Positions 9,592-19,951 of a DNA stretch of 64,000 bases are shown here, in pieces. The notes under the pieces were generated by a model. It searched no databases and was not told the DNA's origin. It saw only the letters and a program-made list of their open reading frames with translations. Origin of the DNA: an uncultured Pelagibacteraceae bacterium (GTDB taxonomy: Bacteria; Pseudomonadota; Alphaproteobacteria; Pelagibacterales; AG-422-B15); NCBI GenBank assembly GCA_902524285.1, contig CABZCR010000005.1:6441-70440 (forward strand), given 5' to 3'. How positions within the stretch are numbered: the first letter of the stretch is position 1; the number at the start of each line of letters is the position of its first letter. The position numbers were made by a program, and so were the translations under genes.

Positions 9592-10311
9592 TTAATTTGC
9601 AATTACCATGTTCATACCAGTATCAACTTGCTCTACAAATGGCCTTATATTGCTATAAAACCATCTTTGCATATTAAAATCAAAACTATCCATGTCATCG
9701 CCCATTTCTTCAAGCGAGTCAGCAGCTAAAAACATCATATGTGTTGTTTCATCCATTGAAGCGGGGCATATTGTGCAGCTCACCAATCCGAGTTGACCGT
9801 CTATTCCACTTTCAGACATCTTTTCAGGCATTTGAGGGAAACGATTCACAAAGTTTAAAAAGTCAGTGACATTAATCAGCCCATACCAAAGCGTATTACC
9901 AACCTCAGCTGGCTCATAATTGACATCAGCACCTGGCGGAGTTTCGAATACAGCATTTACAACCTGATCCGTGTCTATGTCAAAGTTTTCATCAAACCAT
10001 GGTTGATTTGTTGCAAATAGACCGTTTGTTTTCATCATTTTACTATTGTTTTCATAAATAGCTGCAAACAACATTGTTTCGTTATAACCGTCACCTTTTA
10101 TTTTCATGCTAAGAGTAAAATCAATCCATTCTGCGCCACCTGCTTCTGCTAAGGTTTTGAATTTCTCATAGCCTGCAACCATTTCAGCTCTTTTTTCAGG
10201 TGTGTTTACGCCAGAAACTGAATATAGGTCTAACACCAATGCTTTACTCGAAGTCATACTTAGTCCTATAAAAGCTAGTATTATGACAATTTTTGCAATT
10301 GAATTTTTCAT
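9592..10311 (-). CDS. Secreted hypothetical protein (paralog of 8872..9573), CxxCP motif
   Basis: Signal peptide ending SKA; CTICP; aggag RBS. Confidence 0.75.
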   Translation of the reverse strand: MKNSIAKIVIILAFIGLSMTSSKALVLDLYSVSGVNTPEKRAEMVAGYEKFKTLAEAGGAEWIDFTLSMKIKGDGYNETMLFAAIYENNSKMMKTNGLFATNQPWFDENFDIDTDQVVNAVFETPPGADVNYEPAEVGNTLWYGLINVTDFLNFVNRFPQMPEKMSESGIDGQLGLVSCTICPASMDETTHMMFLAADSLEEMGDDMDSFDFNMQRWFYSNIRPFVEQVDTGMNMVIAN

Positions 10312-10482
10312 ATATATCTCCTTTTTGTTTAATAAATTCTATGTCATCTAAGTTACAAAAATATGATATTTATTATCATTAATAGATAGTCTTACAATTT
10401 AATATGAACGCTAACTATATGTAATAACTGGTTAATTCTAATTAGTGTAAAATAAATAAAAAAATATTATATATATATAAAA

Positions 10483-11427
10483 ATGATAAAAAAATTTACT
10501 CCTTTTTTAAAGCCAAATGAAGTTCTTTCAAATGAACAAATCGATTACTTAAGAAAAAAAGATAATCTTAAGGGAATTGGATTGTTGTTGCACGCTTGGG
10601 TTATAATAATTTTAACGGTTACAATATATACTTTATTTCCAAATATACTAACTTTCGCGTTAGCTGTTTTAGTAATTGCCGGCAGACAACTTGGTTTAGC
10701 AATTTTAATGCATGAAGGAGCACATGGTCTAATTACAAATAATTCAAAATTAAATAATTCTTTATCACAATGGGTATGTGCTTTTCCTGTATGGTCTGAT
10801 ACATATGGCTATCGTCACTATCACCTCGCACATCATAGAAATACTCAATTGGAAGATGATCCTGACCTAAGTTTATCAAAACCATTCCCAGTTGAAAAAA
10901 AGAGTATGTTAAGAAAAGTGCTTAGAGATATTTTTGGTGTTTCAGGTTTTGTTCAAAGATATGAGTTGATTTTTAAAACATTATTTAAAAGTGACACAAA
11001 AAAGAATGATGGAAAAAAAATTAGTGGCTTTGAATCAAGAAATACTCTTTATGGCATACTAATTTCAAATCTCATTATATTTTTTATTTTTTGGCTCATG
11101 GGTCAATGGTGGTATTATTTAGCATTCTGGTTATTGCCACTATTTACTTTTTTTCAGCTATTTTTAAGAATAAGAAATATTGCCGAACATGCCGGTGTAA
11201 AATCTGAAAATGATTTTAATAATGCTAGGACGACCTACGCAAATATCATAGAAAGAACCTTTGTTGCTCCATATTATGTAAATTATCATCTTGAGCATCA
11301 TTTATTTATGTTTGTTCCGTGCTATAAGCTCAAAAAAGCACATAAAATGATACTAGAGAAACATTCAAATGAAGGTCTAGAAATTAAAAGTGGTTATGTT
11401 TCCATGCTTCGTTCTGTATTAATTTAA
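10483..11427 (+). CDS. Membrane fatty acid desaturase family protein
   Basis: Three His boxes: HEGAH, HLAHH, HLEHH. Confidence 0.9.
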   Translation: MIKKFTPFLKPNEVLSNEQIDYLRKKDNLKGIGLLLHAWVIIILTVTIYTLFPNILTFALAVLVIAGRQLGLAILMHEGAHGLITNNSKLNNSLSQWVCAFPVWSDTYGYRHYHLAHHRNTQLEDDPDLSLSKPFPVEKKSMLRKVLRDIFGVSGFVQRYELIFKTLFKSDTKKNDGKKISGFESRNTLYGILISNLIIFFIFWLMGQWWYYLAFWLLPLFTFFQLFLRIRNIAEHAGVKSENDFNNARTTYANIIERTFVAPYYVNYHLEHHLFMFVPCYKLKKAHKMILEKHSNEGLEIKSGYVSMLRSVLI

Positions 11428-11440
11428 ATTAATTAGTTAA

Positions 11441-11917
11441 ATGACTGCTGATTTTGAGGAAAACATTCTAAAGAAAGCATTTGGTTCGTTTGCAACAGGA
11501 GTTGCAGTAGCCACCTCACATAAAAGTGGATTTACAATTAATTCATTCGCCTCTCTAAGTTTAAAGCCGCCATTGATTATCTTTAATATTTATAAGTCTG
11601 AAACTGACCATGTAGACTTTTTAAAAAATAATTCATTTGTTATTAACTTTCTTTCAAATGAACAAGAAGAAATATCGCGTTTATTTGCTACAAAAGATCC
11701 TGAAAAAGTGAGTAAAACAAGTCATACTATATCATCAAGCAATAATATCATTCTGAATAATACCTTAGGCCACATTGAGTTATCGGTTTATCAACAAATT
11801 GATATTGCTGATCATGTTTTAGTAATAGGCAAGGTTGAAGATTTAAAAATTGACGACAATAGAAACCCACTTATTTATTATAGAAGCAATTATCAAACAT
11901 TAAAAAATGACAATTAA
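11441..11917 (+). CDS. Flavin reductase family protein
   Basis: FATGVAVAT, GFTINSFASLSLKPPL, ADHVLVIG and PLIYY motifs. Confidence 0.9.
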   Translation: MTADFEENILKKAFGSFATGVAVATSHKSGFTINSFASLSLKPPLIIFNIYKSETDHVDFLKNNSFVINFLSNEQEEISRLFATKDPEKVSKTSHTISSSNNIILNNTLGHIELSVYQQIDIADHVLVIGKVEDLKIDDNRNPLIYYRSNYQTLKNDN

Positions 11918-12078
11918 AAAAAAATATTAATTCTCATTCCAATGTTCTTATCATTAGGACTTTCAATACTGAGTTTGTTAGAAAAAGACATTGAGAGTGA
12001 AATTTTAAATTAAGGCTCAGGGTGTAGTAACTGAAGCGGCCCGAAAGCGTTTAAAGCAAAAAATAAGTCAAACGAAAA

Positions 12079-12474
12079 TTAAGAGGAGACCTCTCCGAAA
12101 TCATTGCTGCCTTCTGTTCCTTTTAAGCACATAAAAAAAATAATAGTAATTATTCCAATAAAAGGAACCAGTACAATTAAGAGCCACCAACCTGAACGAT
12201 TTACATCATGCAGTCTTCTTACGTAAAGTGCGAAACTTGGAACAATAAAAAGAAAATATAAAAAAATATACATAGGCCCAAGCATTATTGAGTCTGTTGA
12301 ATTAGCTAATTCAATACCAACTAGTTGTAATTGAAAAAACATATCAAGCTGCAATCCAACAAAACCAACAGCTGTTGTAAACAAGTAAAAGTACCAAAAC
12401 TCAGCCCTGTTGGCTCTGGTCTTAAAATCAAAACATTTCACGAAAGCATTGTTTATTGATTTGAAAAAACTCAT
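12079..12474 (-). CDS. DUF805 membrane protein
   Basis: RANRAEFW...VRRLHDVNRSGWW motif. Confidence 0.9.
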   Translation of the reverse strand: MSFFKSINNAFVKCFDFKTRANRAEFWYFYLFTTAVGFVGLQLDMFFQLQLVGIELANSTDSIMLGPMYIFLYFLFIVPSFALYVRRLHDVNRSGWWLLIVLVPFIGIITIIFFMCLKGTEGSNDFGEVSS

Positions 12475-12534
12475 AATGTATTAGACAATTTAATTATTTA
12501 ACCAATTATAACAAAAATAGATATAATCATTCAA

Positions 12535-14322
12535 ATGTCAAAAAAACTTAGAATAGGTGGGGCAAGTGGATTTTGGGGCGATTCCGTTATTGCAACACCT
12601 CAATTATTGAATGGAAACGATCTAGACTTTATTGTTTATGATTATTTGGCAGAAATCACAATGTCAATTATGGCAAGGGCTCGAGCAAAAGATGCCACAA
12701 AAGGCTATGCAGTAGATTTTGTATCAAGTGTATTAAAGTTAAATTTGCGACAAATAGCAGATCAAAAAGTAAAAATTCTCAGCAATGCTGGAGGCGTAAA
12801 CCCAGAGGCATGCGCTGAGGCCATCAGAGAATTAATCAATGAACTTAAATTGGATTTAAAAGTGTCAGTTGTATTAGGCGATGATTTAATGACGGAAAAG
12901 AGTAAATTTTCAGAGCTGAATATAAAGGAAATGTATTCAAATGAAGATTTTCCTGCTGAGGACAAAATAGCAAGCATTAATGCATATCTTGGTGCATTTC
13001 CTATAGCTGAAGCTCTTAAAAGTGGCGCTGATATAGTTATTACCGGAAGAAGTGTTGATAGCGCAGTTACATTAGGCGCATGTATTTATTCGTTCGGATG
13101 GAATGAAAAAGAATATGACAAACTTGCTGCAGGTAGTTTAGCTGGTCACATTATTGAATGTGGAACACAAAGTACCGGAGGTAATTTCACTGATTGGGAA
13201 TTAGTATCAAAAGATCTGCATCAAATAGGCTATCCCATTGTGGAAGTTTCTGAAGATGGCAGTTTCGATTGTACTAAGTCAAAAAATTCAACCGGCATGG
13301 TAAGTTTTGGAACTGTCGCTGAACAGATGCTGTATGAGATAGGTGATCCTCAAGCATATATATTACCTGATGTTATTTGTGATTTTTCAAATGTAAAAAT
13401 TGAAGAAACCGAAAAAGATAAAGTTAAAATCTCTGGAGCAAAAGGTTATCCAGCTCCTAATCAATATAAAGTTTGCGCAACATACGCTGATGGTTTCAGG
13501 GCAGGACATGTTTGTTCATTTGTTGGTATAGATGCTGCTAAAAAAGCTCGTACATACGGAGAAGCAATATTTGAGCGATCAAAGATGATAATGCGCATGA
13601 TGAATATTGCTGACTTTGATGAAACAAGTATTGAAATTATTGGGGATAACAGTCAATACAGCAAGCAATCATCAAATGAAAACAATCGCGAAGTGGTTCT
13701 AAAATTTGCAGCTAAACATCAAGATATCAGAGCGGTAGGTATTATGCTTAAAGAGTCTGTTGGCTTAGGCCTTGCAACTCCTCCAGGATTGTCTGGTTTT
13801 GTTGGAGGACGGCCAAAACCATCACCAATTGTAAGGCTGTTCTCATTTTTAATTGATAAGGATCAAGTGAACGTAAGAATTGATAATGGTTCTTCAAAGA
13901 ATGAAATAAAGATACCACCATCTGATGAATTTGACTTGAACAGTATTGAACAAACAACAGCTCCTGATTTTGAAGATGCAAATGAAAAGTTTGTTGATGT
14001 GCCACTTATTAAAGTTGCGTACGGGCGAAGTGGCGATAAAGGCAATAAAGCGAACATTGGTATAATTTCACGTGATCCTAAGTTTTATCCAGCAATATGC
14101 AATTTTCTTGACGAAAAAGTTGTCAAAGATTGCTTTGCCGACTTTCTTGAAGGTTCTGTTGAGAGATACTTTTTACCAGGATCAAATTCTATAAACTTTA
14201 TTTTAAATGATGTTCTAGGCGGTGGCGGGCCAGCAAGTCTTAGAAACGACCCTCAAGGCAAAGCTTATGCGCAAATACTTCTTGATCAGATGATACCAAT
14301 ACCTGAAAAGTTATTGAGTTAA
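12535..14322 (+). CDS. atuA: Acyclic terpene utilization AtuA family protein (DUF1446)
   Basis: RIGGASGFWGDS, DYLAEITMSI, GHIIECG and RSGDKGN motifs; 595 aa. Confidence 0.85.
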   Translation: MSKKLRIGGASGFWGDSVIATPQLLNGNDLDFIVYDYLAEITMSIMARARAKDATKGYAVDFVSSVLKLNLRQIADQKVKILSNAGGVNPEACAEAIRELINELKLDLKVSVVLGDDLMTEKSKFSELNIKEMYSNEDFPAEDKIASINAYLGAFPIAEALKSGADIVITGRSVDSAVTLGACIYSFGWNEKEYDKLAAGSLAGHIIECGTQSTGGNFTDWELVSKDLHQIGYPIVEVSEDGSFDCTKSKNSTGMVSFGTVAEQMLYEIGDPQAYILPDVICDFSNVKIEETEKDKVKISGAKGYPAPNQYKVCATYADGFRAGHVCSFVGIDAAKKARTYGEAIFERSKMIMRMMNIADFDETSIEIIGDNSQYSKQSSNENNREVVLKFAAKHQDIRAVGIMLKESVGLGLATPPGLSGFVGGRPKPSPIVRLFSFLIDKDQVNVRIDNGSSKNEIKIPPSDEFDLNSIEQTTAPDFEDANEKFVDVPLIKVAYGRSGDKGNKANIGIISRDPKFYPAICNFLDEKVVKDCFADFLEGSVERYFLPGSNSINFILNDVLGGGGPASLRNDPQGKAYAQILLDQMIPIPEKLLS

Positions 14323-14374
14323 AAAATTGAATAATTTAATTAACATAATTGTCGGTAAGATATAAAAGTAAATT

Positions 14375-15148
14375 ATGTCAAATCCTTTATTAAGTGTTGA
14401 AAATATTGAAACTTATTATGGGCCAATCATGGCTATTAGAGGTATCAGCTTTAAAGTTAACCAAGGTTCAATTGTAACAATCCTTGGATCTAATGGAGCA
14501 GGGAAAACAACAATTCTCAAAACTATATCAGGAGCAATTGATCCTAGAAAAGGAAAAGTTTATTTAAATGGAAGTGAAATTCAAAAAAAAGATCCCGATA
14601 AAATATTAAGACTAGGAATGAGTCATGCTCCTGAAGGTAGAGAAGTATTTCCTTATTGTTCCGTGATTGAGAATCTTCAAATGGGTGCTTACACACGATC
14701 AGATAAGAAAGAAATAAATAGAGATATTGAACAAGTTTTTGAATATTTTCCAATACTAAAAGAAAGGATGAACCAACCAGCTGGTTTATTGTCTGGTGGA
14801 GAGCAGCAAATGTTATGCATCAGTCGAGCTCTTATGAGCAAGCCAGAAATTATGCTTTTAGATGAGCCGTCATTAGGGTTATCGCCTAAGCTAGTTAAGG
14901 AAATATTTGAAATTATAATTCGAATAAATAAAGAATTAAAAACTACAATACTTTTAGTTGAGCAAAACGCTAATATTGCACTTAGTAACTCCGACTTTGG
15001 TTATGTGTTGGAACTTGGTCGAATTGTAATGGAAGGAAACAGTAAAGAGCTTTTAGAAAAAGAAGATATAAAAGAATTTTATCTTGGACAGCAAGATGAA
15101 GGTATAAGAGGAGAGAGGCGTTGGAAAAAGAAAAAAATGTGGAGATAA
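14375..15148 (+). CDS. livF: LIV-type ABC ATPase (LivF-like)
   Basis: GSNGAGKTT, LSGGEQQM and LDEPSLGLSP motifs. Confidence 0.85.
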   Translation: MSNPLLSVENIETYYGPIMAIRGISFKVNQGSIVTILGSNGAGKTTILKTISGAIDPRKGKVYLNGSEIQKKDPDKILRLGMSHAPEGREVFPYCSVIENLQMGAYTRSDKKEINRDIEQVFEYFPILKERMNQPAGLLSGGEQQMLCISRALMSKPEIMLLDEPSLGLSPKLVKEIFEIIIRINKELKTTILLVEQNANIALSNSDFGYVLELGRIVMEGNSKELLEKEDIKEFYLGQQDEGIRGERRWKKKKMWR

Positions 15149-16944
15149 ATACAATTCCAAGACTTTTTTGGGACTCGGTTAAATCTCGTGGAGAAAAAGT
15201 TGCCATGAGAGAAAAAGATCTTGGTATTTGGCAAGAAATCTCATGGTCTCACTATGGAGAAAAGGCAAAACTAACTGGTCTTGCTCTTCACGCTCTAGGA
15301 CTAGAAAAAGGTAATGTGGTTTCAATTGCAAGTGAAGGAAATCCTGAGTGGCTTTATACTGATATGGGGACAATCGGTGCGGGAGGAATTTCTAGTGGAG
15401 TGTATACAACAGACTCGGCTGCACAGGTTAAGTATCTAGTAAATGATAGTGCTACAAAATTTTATTTTGCTGAAAATGAAGAACAGCTTGATAAAATTTT
15501 AGAAGTAAGAGGTGAGTGTCCTTCATTAAAACAAATTATTGTCTTCGATATGGAAGGGTTAAATGACTTTCATGATGATCAAGTTCTTAGCTATGAAGAG
15601 TTTTTAAAAATTGGTGAAAAAACTGATCAAGAAAACCCCAATCTTTGGGAAAGTTTAGTAAATAATGTAAGTCCAGATGACATTGCAATTTTAGTTTACA
15701 CATCAGGTACAACAGGGCCTTCAAAGGGTGCGATGATTAATCACACAAACTTACTTTATTCTATAAATACTGGATATGACATCTTTGATGTTATGGAACA
15801 CGAGGAGCAATTATCGTTTCTTCCGTTATGTCATATATTGGAGCGGTCAGTTTCAGTTATGATCCCTTTAAAAACAGGCGCAGTAGTTAATTTTGCAGAA
15901 AGTATTGATACAGTTCCTGAAAATATTCGAGAAGTTTCTCCCACAGTGTTTATTGCAGTCCCAAGGATTTGGGAAAAGTTTTATTCATCGATTACAATAT
16001 TAATGAAAGATGCAACTTTCGTTGGCAAGTTCTTCTATCAATTTTCAATAAATGTTGGCTCTAAATATAAAGAGTACTTTATTGATGGAAAAGAACCTCC
16101 TTTATCATTGAAATTATCTTATTGGATATGTAATCAACTGGTTTTAAAAAATATAAAAAAACTTCTCGGTTTGAATAACTGTCGTTACGCACTAAGTGGC
16201 GCTGCGCCTATATCACCTGATCTCATAAATTGGTATCTCTCACTTGGTATAGATATGAGAGAAGGATGGGGAATGACAGAAACTGCTGGAGTTGGAACTG
16301 CATTTTATTCCAGAGAAATAAAACTAGGACATGTTGGACGAGCCGTTAATGATTCTGAAGTAAGGATTGCGCAGGATGGAGAGATTTTATTTAGAGGTCC
16401 AGGCGTGTTTTGTGGTTATTTAAATAAACCTGAACAAACAAAAGAAACTCTGATTGATGGATGGCTGCATACAGGAGATGTCGGTGAGATTGATAATTAC
16501 GGAAATTTAAAAATTACAGATAGAAAAAAAGACATAATCATTACAGCTGGCGGAAAAAATATATCTCCATCTGAAATAGAAAATGAATTAAAATTTAGTC
16601 CATTTATATCAGATGCTGTTGTAATTGGTGATAAAAGAAAGTTTTTGTCATGTCTAATAATGATAGATGAGGAGAATGTGATGAAACACGCTCAGGATAA
16701 TGACATACCGTTTTCTAATTTTGAAAGTCTTTGTAAATCAGAGGAAATAGTTTCCTTGATCGATGATGAAGTCAATAAAGTAAATAAAAAATTTGCCTCT
16801 GTAGAACAAGTAAAAAAATTCTCATTAATTGATATACAATTAACAGCTGAAGACGATGAGCTCACTCCGACCATGAAGCTGAAACGCAAATTCATAAATC
16901 AAAAATACGGTGATATCATTGAAAGCATGTATCAATCTGCTTGA
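15121..16944 (+). CDS. Long-chain acyl-CoA synthetase (AMP-binding)
   Basis: YTSGTTGPSKG, WGMTE and GWLHTGDVG motifs; exact start uncertain (TTG 15121 or GTG 15139). Confidence 0.9.
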   Translation: MEKEKNVEINTIPRLFWDSVKSRGEKVAMREKDLGIWQEISWSHYGEKAKLTGLALHALGLEKGNVVSIASEGNPEWLYTDMGTIGAGGISSGVYTTDSAAQVKYLVNDSATKFYFAENEEQLDKILEVRGECPSLKQIIVFDMEGLNDFHDDQVLSYEEFLKIGEKTDQENPNLWESLVNNVSPDDIAILVYTSGTTGPSKGAMINHTNLLYSINTGYDIFDVMEHEEQLSFLPLCHILERSVSVMIPLKTGAVVNFAESIDTVPENIREVSPTVFIAVPRIWEKFYSSITILMKDATFVGKFFYQFSINVGSKYKEYFIDGKEPPLSLKLSYWICNQLVLKNIKKLLGLNNCRYALSGAAPISPDLINWYLSLGIDMREGWGMTETAGVGTAFYSREIKLGHVGRAVNDSEVRIAQDGEILFRGPGVFCGYLNKPEQTKETLIDGWLHTGDVGEIDNYGNLKITDRKKDIIITAGGKNISPSEIENELKFSPFISDAVVIGDKRKFLSCLIMIDEENVMKHAQDNDIPFSNFESLCKSEEIVSLIDDEVNKVNKKFASVEQVKKFSLIDIQLTAEDDELTPTMKLKRKFINQKYGDIIESMYQSA

Positions 16945-16995
16945 TTTTCCTCTGTGAAATAATAAGATTTCCTTTTAAATTCATGAGGACAAACG

Positions 16996-18168
16996 ATGAT
17001 AAGTAAGCGATTTTCAATTTTTTCGATTTTTTTGACACTATTTTTAACTATTGGCTACAATTCTTATTCTCAAGGTGTATCAGACGATGAAATCATTCTT
17101 GGCATGCATACAGATATAAGTGGGCCTGTTTCCTCATTTGGAAAATATTCCGTTGAAGGTGTTCAAATGAGAATTGATGAAATTAATAAAGCAGGAGGTA
17201 TTCATGGAAGAATGCTTAAAATAATTGCAGAAGATCATCAATACCAAGTTCCTCGCGCAGTCCAGGCAGCAAATAAGCTTCTAAATAAAGATAAGATATT
17301 TCTTATGGTTGCAAGTTTAGGAACGCCAATGAACAATGCTGTGTTTGAAGCTCAAGAGAAAAAAGATATACCAAATTTATTTCCTCTTTCATCAGCAAGA
17401 TCAATGACTGATCCTTTGCATCGTTTAAAATTTGGAGCTCTTTCAAGTTATTATGATCAAATTAGAGCTGGTGTTAAGTGGGCAATCAATGAGAGAGGAA
17501 AAAATAAAATATGCGTTCTTTATCAAGACAATGATTTTGGACAAGAAACATACGAAGCCACTGTAGACCAACTAAATGAAATGGGTTTAGAGTTGCATGA
17601 AAAAGCAACTAATAAGCCAACTGATACAGATTTAACCTCTCAAATTACAAAATTAAAAAATGCAGGCTGTGAAGCTGTTGCAATGGGTACAATTGTTAAA
17701 GATACAATTCTTGGATATACAAAAGCTAGGCAGATGAAATGGGATGCATTATTTTTTGGCCAAGTTGCAAGTTTTCATCCTGTTATAGCATCACAACCTG
17801 ATGGAGTTACAGATGGATTTTATACATTTGCTCAATTTGATACTCCAAGTAAAGCAAATTGTTCACCGAAGATTTGTGATTGGATTGATACTTATGAGTC
17901 AACTTTTGGAAACTTACCAAATATAGGTTCAGCTTATGGTTATATGTATATGGATATAACTGCTAGAGCACTAGAAATTGCTGGTCGTGACTTAACAACA
18001 GATAGTTTCCTAAATGCTTTAGAAAGCATAAATGATTATAAAATACCTTTTGGTGATACAGTACTTTCTTGGTCCCCAGAAAAACATTTAGGTGCAAATG
18101 TTGCTTATTTATTTGAAGTTCAAAATGGAACTTTTATTCAAACGGATAATAAAGAATATACATACTAA
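16996..18168 (+). CDS. LIV-family ABC substrate-binding protein
   Basis: Signal peptide; GVSDDEIILGMHTDISGP...GGIHGR. Confidence 0.85.
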   Translation: MISKRFSIFSIFLTLFLTIGYNSYSQGVSDDEIILGMHTDISGPVSSFGKYSVEGVQMRIDEINKAGGIHGRMLKIIAEDHQYQVPRAVQAANKLLNKDKIFLMVASLGTPMNNAVFEAQEKKDIPNLFPLSSARSMTDPLHRLKFGALSSYYDQIRAGVKWAINERGKNKICVLYQDNDFGQETYEATVDQLNEMGLELHEKATNKPTDTDLTSQITKLKNAGCEAVAMGTIVKDTILGYTKARQMKWDALFFGQVASFHPVIASQPDGVTDGFYTFAQFDTPSKANCSPKICDWIDTYESTFGNLPNIGSAYGYMYMDITARALEIAGRDLTTDSFLNALESINDYKIPFGDTVLSWSPEKHLGANVAYLFEVQNGTFIQTDNKEYTY

Positions 18169-19326
18169 ATGAAAATTTTTGTTTATTTATTTCTTTCGTT
18201 ATTTATTTCTAGCTTATCGTTTGCTGACCAAGGCATTACAGAAGATAAGATCTTAATTGGAATGCATACTGATCTAAGTGGACCTGCCTCTATGATTGGA
18301 AAACAAAGTGTTGACGGTGTAAATATGCGAATTGATGAATTTAATCAAGCGGGGGGAGTTCATGGCAGAACAATAAAATTTATCGTTGAAGACCATCAAT
18401 ACACCGTCCCAAGAGCGGTGCAAGCGGCCAATAAACTGTTAAGAAAAGATAAAATTGGATTTATGTTGGGCTCTCTTGGTACGCCAATGAATAATGCAGT
18501 GATGTCTGATCAACTATCAATGAATATTCCTAGTTTATTTCCTCTTACAGCTGCACGATCAATGTTTGACCCCTATGATCGTTTGAAGTTTACATCAGGC
18601 TCAACATATTATGATCAGATCAGAACAGGATTGAAATATCTTATTGAAAATAACAATCGAAAGTCAGTATGTGTTTTGTATGAAGATACTGATTTTGGAC
18701 AGGAAATTGTTGATGCTGTGGATGATCAACTTACAGCAATGAACATGACATTAGTTGAGAGTGCGTCAGCAAAGCCTACAGATACTGACTTTACTGCTCA
18801 AATAAAAAAACTTAATAATGCAGGATGTGATTTAGTAGCCATGGGGACAATTGTTCGAACAACTATATTACCATTTATGAAAGCAAAGGAAATAAATTGG
18901 ACAGATGTTGATTTTGTAACAACTTCAGCAAGTTATTATACAGTTGTGGCAGAGCAGCCGAATGGAGTAATGAATGGACTGTACTGTTTAAATTCTGTTG
19001 TATTCCCGTATTACGATACAGCTAATGAAATTGAAAAAAAATGGTGGGATAAGTTTAAATCTATTTATGCAACAGACCCTAATACTGGAGCCATATATGG
19101 ATATATTTTTGCAGATATAGTTGTTGAAGCTATCAAAAGAGCTGGAAAAGATTTAACAGTTGATAGCTTTGTTGAGGCAATGGAAACTCTTAAAGATTAT
19201 GAGGATCCACTAAAACTTGGCTCGGTTACATTTAATCCAGATCAAAGACAAGGAAGTAATATTTCTTATTTCTTTCAAGTTCAAAATGAAAGATTTGAAG
19301 TAATTTCTGGACCAATTAATTACTAA
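18169..19326 (+). CDS. LIV-family ABC substrate-binding protein (tandem paralog)
   Basis: Signal peptide; clearly similar to the preceding gene. Confidence 0.85.
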   Translation: MKIFVYLFLSLFISSLSFADQGITEDKILIGMHTDLSGPASMIGKQSVDGVNMRIDEFNQAGGVHGRTIKFIVEDHQYTVPRAVQAANKLLRKDKIGFMLGSLGTPMNNAVMSDQLSMNIPSLFPLTAARSMFDPYDRLKFTSGSTYYDQIRTGLKYLIENNNRKSVCVLYEDTDFGQEIVDAVDDQLTAMNMTLVESASAKPTDTDFTAQIKKLNNAGCDLVAMGTIVRTTILPFMKAKEINWTDVDFVTTSASYYTVVAEQPNGVMNGLYCLNSVVFPYYDTANEIEKKWWDKFKSIYATDPNTGAIYGYIFADIVVEAIKRAGKDLTVDSFVEAMETLKDYEDPLKLGSVTFNPDQRQGSNISYFFQVQNERFEVISGPINY

Positions 19327-19339
19327 TTACGGTATAAAC

Positions 19340-19951
19340 TTGATAAAGAGCGCTGTCTTAATTGCAAACGGAAATGTTTCAAAAACAAATTACGTTAAAA
19401 AGGTAATAGATAGTAACGATTACTTTATTAGTATTGATGCTAAATCAGAAAATTTAAAAGAATTAGGAGTTCAACCTAATCTAATTTTAGGTGATCTTGA
19501 CTCCGCGTCAATTGATGATCTTGATAGTAAAATAGAAGTTGTTGAATTATCCGATCAGAACAAAACTGATTTAGAAAAATCGTTAGATTATTGTAAGGAG
19601 AATAGTATTAAAAAAGTCGTGATATTAGGAAGTAGCGGTTTAAGGGAAGATCATTCAATGGCAAATGTTCTAATAGCCAGCACTTACTCAGATATTTTGC
19701 AAATTGAACTAATAACAAATTATTATCGAATAATCTTTGTGAGAGAAAATACAAAAATAAATGCTCATAATGTGCCGGTATCTATTATTTCATTGTCGTC
19801 AGATAACAAAATTACAACAAGAGGATTAAAATATGATTTGAATAACGAAAAATTGAAATCTTTTTCTCATGGCATAAGTAACGAAGTAAATGGAGATAGC
19901 TTTACAGTGAAAGCTGAAAGTGTAATTGTTGTTTTTATAGGAATTAAGTAG
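19340..19951 (+). CDS. thiN: Thiamine pyrophosphokinase
   Basis: GDLDS, DQNKTDLEK, G.REDH and GISNE motifs. Confidence 0.85.
   Translation: MIKSAVLIANGNVSKTNYVKKVIDSNDYFISIDAKSENLKELGVQPNLILGDLDSASIDDLDSKIEVVELSDQNKTDLEKSLDYCKENSIKKVVILGSSGLREDHSMANVLIASTYSDILQIELITNYYRIIFVRENTKINAHNVPVSIISLSSDNKITTRGLKYDLNNEKLKSFSHGISNEVNGDSFTVKAESVIVVFIGIK

Noticed and set aside
12031-12047. Hammerhead ribozyme (ctgaagcg...gaaa)
   Set aside because: The core CUGANGA is not matched and the flanking stems are missing.
16996-19326. Tandem SBP duplication as a novel system
   Set aside because: Multiple binding proteins per LIV-type transporter are common.
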